Source: Hyperthermus butylicus DSM 5456 (lineage in GTDB: Archaea; Thermoproteota; Thermoprotei_A; Sulfolobales; Pyrodictiaceae). From it: a stretch of 32,000 nt of DNA. Each line of letters begins with the position of its first letter. The first letter of the stretch is position 1. Shown piece by piece: positions 25,628 through 32,000 of the stretch. A program made the translations under genes and the position numbers. Where the stretch lies: contig NC_008818.1 in the NCBI RefSeq assembly GCF_000015145.1, positions 1,410,001 to 1,442,000 on the forward strand, given 5' to 3'. The notes beneath the pieces are model-generated. The model saw only the letters and a list, made by a program, of their open reading frames with translations, ran no database searches and was not told the origin of the DNA.

Positions 25628-25932
25628 AATCTCGGTGGGTCAATGCGCTGGCTCTTGCAGCGGGGGCACTTGCTGGGCTTGTAGGGCTCCGTGAGCTCTG
25701 CGAACACGTAGCCGCAGTCCCGGCACTGCGGCGGTATCATGTAGAGAACCGACCTACGACCGTGGCGGCGCCGTAGCGTCTTAACTATGTGGCGCAGGTG
25801 CTCGTATATCTCCGCCTCACTGCTTGCGGGATCGAGACCCAGAGTCATGGCTATCTCGCGCGCCGTGAGAGGGCGACGAGCCTCCATCAAGATCTTTATG
25901 ATTCGCTCCCTTACAGTGCCCTCCTCAACCAA
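25609..25932 (-). CDS. Transcriptional regulator: winged HTH fused to a C-terminal Zn-ribbon (COG3357-like)
   Basis: 107 aa. 'VRERIIKILMEARRPLTAREIAMTLGL' is the HTH, and 'CRDCGYVF...x13...CPRCKSQRI' is the Zn-ribbon. The 3' end overlaps the convergent pantoate kinase gene by 19 nt. Confidence 0.8.
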   Translation of the reverse strand: MVEEGTVRERIIKILMEARRPLTAREIAMTLGLDPASSEAEIYEHLRHIVKTLRRRHGRRSVLYMIPPQCRDCGYVFAELTEPYKPSKCPRCKSQRIDPPRFYIKEE

Positions 25933-25968
25933 GGCCTAATCATTCCCAGCGGCGTCAGATTCTACAGC

Positions 25969-27354
25969 TTAAAATGTGGAGAGTGCTCCCTTTTTAACTA
26001 GTCTGTAGATCTCGTCTAGGAAGCTCGCGAACACTTCTATAAACCTGTCAGCATCCCGGCGGCTATGAGCCATTGATGGCAGCAAGTGTGCCATGTGCTC
26101 GGTCATGTAAAGTATACCGTTGAGCCTCATGTACATGTGCATTACCTCGTATACCTTGTTACTCCACCTCTCCTCCAGGGCTTCCCTCGCCGTGCGCGGC
26201 CTCTTGCGGGTGAAGTGTATCCCAACTATGCTTCCGGTGCCGGTTGCCCAGCAGATGTTGTCCCTGGACTCACACTCCTCCTGGATCCTCCTCCTCACAC
26301 TATCCCATAGACTGTTGAACTCGGCGTAGACGCCGCGGTTATCAGCAAGATGCTTCACGGTGTGGTAGCCTGTGAGGATCGTTACCGGGTTGCCGGTGAA
26401 GGTGCCCCCGTGGAAGCTCCTCTCCCGGCCCTTTGGCCTCTTAAGCTGATCCAGCAGCTCCATAACCTCGGCTCGCGAGGCTATCGCACCCGCACCTGGC
26501 ATACCGCCGCCAACAATTTTGCCTAGCACAACTATGTCTGCCTTAACGTTGTAGTATTCCTGGGCGCCTCCGAGGGCTAGGCGGAACCCCGTGATAACCT
26601 CGTCGAATACGAGAAGTGCTCCGGCTTCGTCAGCTATCCTCCGGAGCTCCCGTAAGTAGCCAGGCTCCGGCTCTATTCCACCGCCAGCACCGAGCACCGG
26701 TTCAACCCATATTGCGGCTACCTCGTAGCGTTTCACCAGCCTTTCCACAGCCCCGGCATCGTTGAATGGCGCTACTAGGGTGTACTTGATGCTCTCCTCT
26801 GGTAGACCCAGGGACTCCGGCCCCTCGTAGGGAGGGGTTACGCCTACGTGTAGCGCGTCGTAGCCACCGTGCCATGCGCCTTCGAGCTTTATTATGTACT
26901 TGCGCCCAGTGTAGGCCCTGGCGAGCCTCACCGCGTACATGTTCGCCTCGGTGCCACTATTCGTAAAGCGTACCTGCTCGACACCCGGGAGTACCTGGAC
27001 TAGAAGCTCGGCGTACTCCAGCGCGTAGGGGTTCTCGTAGCCTAGGTGACTGCTAGCCTTAAGAGCCTTGCGTACAGCCTCCTCGAGGAGGTCCGGGCAA
27101 TGGCCTAGTATGAGGGCTCCATGCCCCATCCAGTAGTCAGTGTATTCGTTGCCGTCTACATCCCAAACCCTTGGGCCTAGACCATGCTCGATGAAGACTG
27201 GGTATGGCTTGAAGAACCTTATGTGGTACGTTGTACCCCCGGGTAGGACCCTCCTAGCCCTCTCAAATAGTTCTCTCGAGCGGGGCGTCCGCTTCTCATA
27301 TTCTGATGCCAGTCTTGCCCACCATTCTTCCAGCTTCTCCTCAAGCTGCACCAT
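25969..27354 (-). CDS. Class III PLP-dependent aminotransferase, glutamate-1-semialdehyde 2,1-aminomutase (HemL)-like
   Basis: 461 aa. 'LPGGTTYHIRFFKPYPVFIEHGLGPRVWDVDGNEYTDYWMGHGALILGH', 'FTNSGTEANMYAVRLARAYTGR' and the PLP-Lys block 'DIVVLGKIVGGGMPGAGA' closely follow the HemL family layout. Confidence 0.9.
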   Translation of the reverse strand: MVQLEEKLEEWWARLASEYEKRTPRSRELFERARRVLPGGTTYHIRFFKPYPVFIEHGLGPRVWDVDGNEYTDYWMGHGALILGHCPDLLEEAVRKALKASSHLGYENPYALEYAELLVQVLPGVEQVRFTNSGTEANMYAVRLARAYTGRKYIIKLEGAWHGGYDALHVGVTPPYEGPESLGLPEESIKYTLVAPFNDAGAVERLVKRYEVAAIWVEPVLGAGGGIEPEPGYLRELRRIADEAGALLVFDEVITGFRLALGGAQEYYNVKADIVVLGKIVGGGMPGAGAIASRAEVMELLDQLKRPKGRERSFHGGTFTGNPVTILTGYHTVKHLADNRGVYAEFNSLWDSVRRRIQEECESRDNICWATGTGSIVGIHFTRKRPRTAREALEERWSNKVYEVMHMYMRLNGILYMTEHMAHLLPSMAHSRRDADRFIEVFASFLDEIYRLVKKGALSTF

Positions 27355-27384
27355 AGAGCACTCACCAAGCCCGCGCAGAGAGGT

Positions 27385-28398
27385 CTAACGGCGCACCTGC
27401 ACAGCAAACTTTGGCTTGAAGGGTACCAGGTCCGCCATCGTGAGTAGGCCTGGCCCGTACTCGGGGAGGACCTCGGCTATGTTTAGGAGTACCGAGGCCG
27501 TCCCTATATCGCCTGGTGTGCCTGTGCTCCTCCACCTCACCGAGTAGCCCCTGCCCTCGACGATTATCTCCTCGTACTCCTCCGCTCCCACGTAGGCGTG
27601 GAATTCCACCCTAATAACCTCCCTTCCCGCTGCATAGCCGGCGCCATAGCCCTTAATGCCGAGGTTCATTCCCCTTGGAACCCTAACACCGGCTGACTCT
27701 ACGTCCCTTTCAGCCGGCACGACCTCCTGGCCCTCGACGATCCTCTCGAGGTGTAGGCCTGCAGCATCAGCTATGAGTAGCACGGACTCGGCATAGCCTA
27801 CATGCCCGGTTATATCGCCCCTCTTCAGCTTCTCCTCTACAACCTTGGGATCCTCGCCTACACCTATCTTCCGCTGGAAGGGCTTCCTCCTCTTGGCGGC
27901 GTCTACACTCCTCCTAGCAACGATCCTCTCCACAAGGTGGAACGGGGCTGCAAGAACTACTGCGAGGGTGTCCAGGAGGAAGCCCGGGTTGATGCCAGTA
28001 CCGAGCACTGCTACGCCGTAGAGCCTTGCCAGTCTGTCAAGGCTGCGGGCTAGCGTCGGGTACAGGTAGTAGGGGTAGGCGAGGGTTTCACATGTCGAGA
28101 CAACATCTCGGCCCATTCGAATTACATTAGCTATCTGAGGATACACCTTGTCCAGGTAGGAGCCCGTAGCATGGATAACAACATCCGCGGCAGAGAGAAC
28201 GGAAGGATCCCTAGAAATTCTCACTCCAAGCTTCTCGCCGAGCCTGAGAACCTCACCCACATCACGGCCAACAAGCTCAGGAGCAATATCAACGGCGGCT
28301 ACAACCTCGTAGCCACGCTCAATGGCGAGCCTAGCGGTAAGCATGCCTATGGAGCCGAAACCGTAGAAGCCGAGACGCAACACAGAGTCCCTCCACAA
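27385..28398 (-). CDS. DapB-N-domain NAD(P)-dependent amine dehydrogenase family protein (2,4-diaminopentanoate dehydrogenase-like)
   Basis: 337 aa. 'LRLGFYGFGSIGMLTARLAIERGYEVVAAVDIAPELVGRDVGEVLRLGEKLGVRI' is a Rossmann segment with the characteristic 'ELVGkDlGEl' block. 'VLGTGINPGFLLD' also matches. The start is uncertain (TTG 28398 or GTG 28383), and a 'tatatt'-like element abuts the ORF at 28400-28407. Confidence 0.8.
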   Translation of the reverse strand: MWRDSVLRLGFYGFGSIGMLTARLAIERGYEVVAAVDIAPELVGRDVGEVLRLGEKLGVRISRDPSVLSAADVVIHATGSYLDKVYPQIANVIRMGRDVVSTCETLAYPYYLYPTLARSLDRLARLYGVAVLGTGINPGFLLDTLAVVLAAPFHLVERIVARRSVDAAKRRKPFQRKIGVGEDPKVVEEKLKRGDITGHVGYAESVLLIADAAGLHLERIVEGQEVVPAERDVESAGVRVPRGMNLGIKGYGAGYAAGREVIRVEFHAYVGAEEYEEIIVEGRGYSVRWRSTGTPGDIGTASVLLNIAEVLPEYGPGLLTMADLVPFKPKFAVQVRR

Positions 28399-28698
28399 TA
28401 TAGGTAGGGGGTACCAGGTGAAAAATGCTGTAAAACCATCCCCGACAACCCGCTGCAGGGTTGTACCCTGAAGTATGGTGCCCAGAGGCTGGAAGGCTGC
28501 TACGCCTGGGTTTGTCGACGGGGTTGCTGGGGTCTCGCTGCAAAAGCTTCAGCAGACCCTCCAGGCGCGGAGAGGCTACGAGACAATGCTGGTGCTCTAC
28601 GCGTTGGAGGTTTTCAGCGACGGGCCTGGAGGCGGCAGGAGCTTACGGTCTAGAGGATGCGGCCCCAACGCTCGTGAAATACTGGCCTACCACTCTGG

Positions 28699-29736
28699 TT
28701 AGAGGAGCCCTGCTGCTGCAGCCGCCAGAGCTGCAAAGCCTATTGCTGCTTCCACTGAGAGTACGAGAGCCACAACCCATGGCTCGCGGGCGCAGCCGCG
28801 GAGCCTGCCGATGATCTTTATGGCTAGCTGACCCCAGCTGTAGACTATCCTGTGCGGTGTTTTGAGGCAGCCATTCGGCCCTGGCACACCGAAAGCCTCC
28901 AGATCCTTCGTCCCGAGGATCCTTACAGCCCTAAAGTACATGTAGGCCTTGATGAAGTACGGGATAAAGAGGATTAAGCCGAACTTCTCCATGTTGCCGA
29001 GGACTACGAGCGTTGCAAAGTATGCTCCCACACCGTATGTCAACGTGTTCCCCGGAAACACCCGGGCCGGGTACCAGTTGTACCGGAGAAATGCTAGAAG
29101 CACAGCAGCCATAACCAGGGCGGCCTGGGCAATGAATACCAGGCCCTTCATGTACGCGTATGCTGCCGTGAAGAGCATTAGTAGGAGCCCCATGCCAGCC
29201 TCTAGCCCGTTAAACCCGGCAATCATGTTGAACCCGTTAGCAGCGCCAACAACACCGATGGGCACAGCTACGAGTGGATAGAGTAGGCCCAGGTCTAGGG
29301 TGCCGATGAGGGGGAGGGATATCGTGGTTGTTCCAGCCTTAACCGCAACTAGGGGCAACGATATCGGCACTGTAAAGGCTACACGGTAGCTCCTTGGGAG
29401 CCCCTTCTTCCAGCCGAGAAAATCGTCAAGCATACCGATGATACTCGCTAGGAGGAGTAACGTAATGAGCGCAAAGTACTCCACGATATGGTACTGGGTG
29501 CCAGCGAGGTAGATGTAGAGTGCCTCGAGCACCAGGAGCCCGAAGGCAGCAGCTATGACTACCCAGACGCCGCCAGCCTCAGCCACCAGCCTCCTATCAG
29601 GCTTGTTCATGTCCCTCCCTGCAAGCCCCCTCTCCAAAGCCAGACGTATCCAGCGAGGCTCAATGATGAGGACAAGCAGGCCAGCAATGGCCGACGAGAT
29701 AACCGTAAACACTAGGCCTCCATGGCTTATGGCCAA
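28699..29736 (-). CDS. aglH: UDP-GlcNAc:dolichyl-phosphate GlcNAc-1-phosphate transferase (GT4 MraY/WecA/GPT family, AglH-like)
   Basis: 345 aa, polytopic. 'IGMLDDFLGWKKGLP' is the DD-x-x motif, and 'GAANGFNMIAGFNGLEAG' is the N-x-x-N-x-x-D/G-G-x-(N/D)-G-L block of this family. Confidence 0.85.
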   Translation of the reverse strand: MAISHGGLVFTVISSAIAGLLVLIIEPRWIRLALERGLAGRDMNKPDRRLVAEAGGVWVVIAAAFGLLVLEALYIYLAGTQYHIVEYFALITLLLLASIIGMLDDFLGWKKGLPRSYRVAFTVPISLPLVAVKAGTTTISLPLIGTLDLGLLYPLVAVPIGVVGAANGFNMIAGFNGLEAGMGLLLMLFTAAYAYMKGLVFIAQAALVMAAVLLAFLRYNWYPARVFPGNTLTYGVGAYFATLVVLGNMEKFGLILFIPYFIKAYMYFRAVRILGTKDLEAFGVPGPNGCLKTPHRIVYSWGQLAIKIIGRLRGCAREPWVVALVLSVEAAIGFAALAAAAAGLL

Positions 29737-29847
29737 GAGTCGAGCCCTCCAGGCCAGAACCCGCCATGGACTAGCCAGCGGGGCGGAGGAGGGGCCAGCC
29801 TCTATAAACCATTTTCCACACCTCCTGCAAAGTATTGGGGGCCCAGT

Positions 29848-30609
29848 ATGGGGAAGGTCATAGTTGTATTTGTTGGGCCAGCAGGCTCGGGCAAGTCTAC
29901 GCTCGTAGCAGCATACTCGAAGTGGCTACGCGAGGGCGGCATCCCGGTATACACCGTGAACCTTGACCCAGCTGTGGATAGGACTCCCTACGAGCCCGAC
30001 TTCGACGTGAGAACCATAGTTGATGCACGCGAGATCGCTAGAAAGTACGGATTAGGCCCCAATGGCGCACTCGTAAAGTCTATGGAGTTTATAGCCGAAA
30101 ACCTCGAAGCGATACTCTCGAAGATAGCATCCACAGATACAGACTACGTGCTGGTTGACACCCCCGGGCAGATGGAGGTTTTCCTCTTCCGCGACCTGGC
30201 GTGGAGGCTCGGCGAGGGATTGAAGAAGATTAGCGAGCAGAGCTACGCGATATTCATACTTGACGCCTCGGTCATCAAGGATCCAGCTGACTACGCCTTC
30301 CTGCTGGTGATGTCTACAGCTGTACAGCTACGCCTAAACCTAGAAACAGCCCCCGTCATAAACAAGGCTGATCTGGCTCCCAACATCGAGTTCAGGGGCG
30401 ACATATGGAGGGATTACGCTAGGCTAAGCCGCATGCTGAAGGAGAGCCATACATTATACACAGACATGCTGCGCGATATAATGAAGGTCCTGCTGACATA
30501 CAATAAGAGGGTTGAAGTACCCAGGGTCTCAGCACTCAAAGGTGAGGGCATGGAGGAGCTGCACCGCCTCATACTCGAGATGGGCTGTAGCTGCGGAGAC
30601 CTAAGCTAG
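29848..30609 (+). CDS. GPN-loop GTPase
   Basis: Track ORF 29722..30609. I start it at ATG 29848 (MGKVIVVFVGPAGSGKST), which places the P-loop at the N-terminus and removes the overlap with aglH. It also has 'NLDPA', 'GLGPNGA' (GPN loop), 'DTPGQMEVF' and 'NKADL'. Confidence 0.9.
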   Translation: MGKVIVVFVGPAGSGKSTLVAAYSKWLREGGIPVYTVNLDPAVDRTPYEPDFDVRTIVDAREIARKYGLGPNGALVKSMEFIAENLEAILSKIASTDTDYVLVDTPGQMEVFLFRDLAWRLGEGLKKISEQSYAIFILDASVIKDPADYAFLLVMSTAVQLRLNLETAPVINKADLAPNIEFRGDIWRDYARLSRMLKESHTLYTDMLRDIMKVLLTYNKRVEVPRVSALKGEGMEELHRLILEMGCSCGDLS

Positions 30610-30671
30610 GCTCCGATTGACTCCAGGAAGCTGAAGCCCAGGTCCTCTTCCCTCCCCGCCCCCAGCCAAGC

Positions 30672-31115
30672 TTACGAGCTGCCAAGTACTACTCTATAGA
30701 CACCCATGTATATTACACCATTATCAGCCACTACCTTTACCTTAGCCGTTGCCGTGTAGGGCAGGTCGCAGCCAGGCATGTAGGCCACCAACCTGTACTC
30801 CCTGCCGGGTTGGAGGATGTTATCGGGTCCAGCACCGTATATGGTGTAGTTCTTAACTTCGCCATAGAACTCAACGTAGACGTGTAACACCTTCACTGGT
30901 CTGCCTTCAACCCTGAGCGTCGCATTTAGTATACATGAGTCCCTGTATGCAACGGCGTCATATATGTAGAGTTGCTGGTTTGAGCTGTATATTGCAGCCG
31001 AGAATACGCCGGTCACCCAGCCAATAGCAGCTATAGCTATTACAACCGTAACTGCAACAATTATGATAACCGCTGCTAATGGATGTAATGCCCTCAATGT
31101 CTCCACTATCGCCAC
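30672..31115 (-). CDS. Archaeal type IV pilin-like protein (class III signal peptide-like N-terminus plus beta-rich domain)
   Basis: 147 aa. 'LRALHPLAAVIIIVAVTVVIAIAAIGWV' resembles the archaeal pilin/archaellin N-terminal domain: a basic residue, a small residue, then h-x-P and a long hydrophobic helix. The remainder is beta-strand-like (YIYDAVAY...LHVYVEFYGEVKNYTIYG...YRLVAYM...VKVVADNGVIYMGVYRVV). Confidence 0.5.
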   Translation of the reverse strand: MAIVETLRALHPLAAVIIIVAVTVVIAIAAIGWVTGVFSAAIYSSNQQLYIYDAVAYRDSCILNATLRVEGRPVKVLHVYVEFYGEVKNYTIYGAGPDNILQPGREYRLVAYMPGCDLPYTATAKVKVVADNGVIYMGVYRVVLGSS

Positions 31116-31396
31116 CCCAGCCGAGCCTAGGCATCTAGGCGTTCTTATTACACTAATTGGTTAATGCTATAGTAGAACCGCCAACCAAAAAAGTGTTATG
31201 TACTGCGTATGTATGCATTATGCCGATTTCCTCAAAAATGATGTAATATCTCTGTTACGCGATAATTATTTGTTCAAAACCTTATGCCTTGGCTGTAATG
31301 CCTTGACTTAGACGGTATTGTGCCTGTCCATGCTGATATGGTTTTCCTTACTCCCATACATGCCACTAGTATGAGTTCATGCATAGCTGTATGCAG

Positions 31397-31408
31397 CCTA
31401 GTACTAGG
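31397..31408. repeat. Perfect 12-bp palindrome 'cctagtactagg' with flanking 'tactag'/'actagt' copies
   Basis: Read directly; the sequence equals its own reverse complement. Related 'cactagtat' (about 31363-31371) and 'atactagtt' (31411-31419) flank it. It lies in the divergent intergenic region between the pilin-like gene and coaBC. Confidence 0.9.
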
Positions 31409-31606
31409 GGATACTAGTTGCAGACGTAGTGTCTTACAGCGGAGGCATTGGGGCGTGTGGATCTGGAGGTCGGTGTGAATGCCTCGGTTCGTATGTGGTT
31501 CTATATGTGCGTGGTGGGTACTTGCTGCGACTGCTACGTGTTATCTTCTGTGGGGGAGGCTATAGGGGCTGGATATGGCTTGTCTTTATGAGTGGGTGCT
31601 CCAGGC

Positions 31607-32000
31607 GTGGAGGCTGGCGAATGGTTATGGGGTTATCATCCTAGCAGGGAGATCGTAGGCGAGTATGGGGGCGACCTTTCCGGCCGCTGTATAGCCCTCG
31701 GCGTTACTGGTAGTGTCGCGCTGTACCGCAGCATCGACCTTGCAAGACTGCTTATGAGGATGGGTGCTCGTGTCCGGGTTGTGATGACTCCAGCTGCTGC
31801 CGAGATGGTCTCCCCCGCTGTCTTCGAGTGGGCTACCGGCGAGCCCGTCGTATCCAGGCTCACCGGCCTCGTGGAGCATGTTACCCTTGCAAAGGTGTGC
31901 GATGCTGTACTCATTGCCCCGGCAACACTGGACATCATAGCCGAGATTGCAGGGTTTAGAGCATCGAAGCCCGTCTCGGCTCTTGCACAGGAAGCTGCCG
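31607..32000 (+). CDS. coaBC: Phosphopantothenoylcysteine decarboxylase / phosphopantothenate-cysteine ligase (CoaBC/Dfp flavoprotein), 5' part; continues past the window
   Basis: Absent from the ORF track because there is no stop in the window. Hand translation from GTG 31607 gives VEAGEWLWGYHPSREIVGEYGGDLSGRCIALGVTGSVALYRSIDLARLLMRMGARVRVVMTPAAAEMVSPAVFEWATGEPVVSRLTGLVEHVTLAKVCDAVLIAPATLDIIAEIAGF... This matches the flavoprotein N-domain pattern (lgvtGSiA.Y....l.R.L...Ga.V.vvmT..A...EH..la...D...iAPAT). GTG 31592 is an alternative start, with an in-frame TGA at 31589-31591. Confidence 0.8.
   Translation, partial: MEAGEWLWGYHPSREIVGEYGGDLSGRCIALGVTGSVALYRSIDLARLLMRMGARVRVVMTPAAAEMVSPAVFEWATGEPVVSRLTGLVEHVTLAKVCDAVLIAPATLDIIAEIAGFRASKPVSALAQEAA

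Noticed and set aside
29722-29847. N-terminal 42-codon extension of the GPN GTPase ORF (start at 29722)
   Set aside because: The extension is Pro/Gly/Ser-rich and overlaps the start of aglH on the other strand. GPN GTPases begin a few residues before the P-loop, which fits the ATG at 29848.
31116-31430. AT-rich intergenic region as a replication origin
   Set aside because: I could not find repeated ORB or mini-ORB-like elements in inverted arrangement, and there is no orc1/cdc6 gene adjacent. A lone 'gttccagtg' at about 53-61 resembles part of an ORB but is single and lies inside a CDS.
1-32000. tRNA, rRNA, RNase P/SRP RNA, transposase, integrase and toxin-antitoxin pairs
   Set aside because: Scanning all gaps over 80 bp by eye turned up no tRNA-like acceptor or T-arm sequences, no conserved RNase P (GAGGAAAGTCC) or SRP motifs, and no integrase or transposase ORFs. 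Absence by eye is not proof; tRNAscan-SE and Infernal should be run.

Overview
The window is gene-dense, with about 30 CDS and no rRNA, tRNA, CRISPR array, transposase or integrase that I could see. It looks like a GC-rich hyperthermophilic crenarchaeal chromosome (Desulfurococcales-like). That guess rests only on codon usage (AGG/AGA Arg, ATA Ile), frequent GTG/TTG starts, TATA-type promoters and the gene families present. Content by theme follows. (1) N-glycan and nucleotide-sugar metabolism: a WbpE/WbpB/WbpD-like trio at 4198-7092 and a WbpA/WecC-like UDP-sugar 6-dehydrogenase at 13394-14755. These are separated by a minus-strand BMP-family ABC uptake operon (7180-12259) and a MurG/Alg13-14-like GT-B glycosyltransferase that I read as Agl24-like (12300-13274). 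An AglH/GPT-type GlcNAc-1-P transferase (28699-29736), an NDP-sugar pyrophosphorylase and a NUDIX hydrolase also belong here. (2) Housekeeping: ileS, a GPN-loop GTPase, a MEMO-like protein, DUF72, a UPF0282-type MBL hydrolase, pantoate kinase and the 5' part of coaBC. (3) A probable three-gene operon at 25609-28398: a 2,4-diaminopentanoate-dehydrogenase-like amine dehydrogenase, a HemL-like class III aminotransferase/aminomutase, and an HTH-Zn-ribbon regulator. (4) Unexplained parts. One is a ~1.4-kb low-GC islet (22174-23558) encoding a 378-aa HhH + Zn-ribbon orphan, preceded by a perfect 20-bp tandem duplication. Others are a 407-aa orphan with two HTH-plus-alpha/beta-like halves (16205-17428), an orphan ABC ATPase with degenerate Walker A and H-loop and no permease (2133-2828), three strongly G+T-skewed tracts at the 5' ends of plus-strand genes, and a ~480-bp AT-rich palindrome-bearing intergenic region next to a pilin-like gene. 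I cannot name a complete new system with confidence. The best candidates for one are the 22.2-23.6 kb islet, the 16.2-17.4 kb orphan and the amine-dehydrogenase/aminomutase operon. All functional calls come from motif recognition by eye, with no database search.
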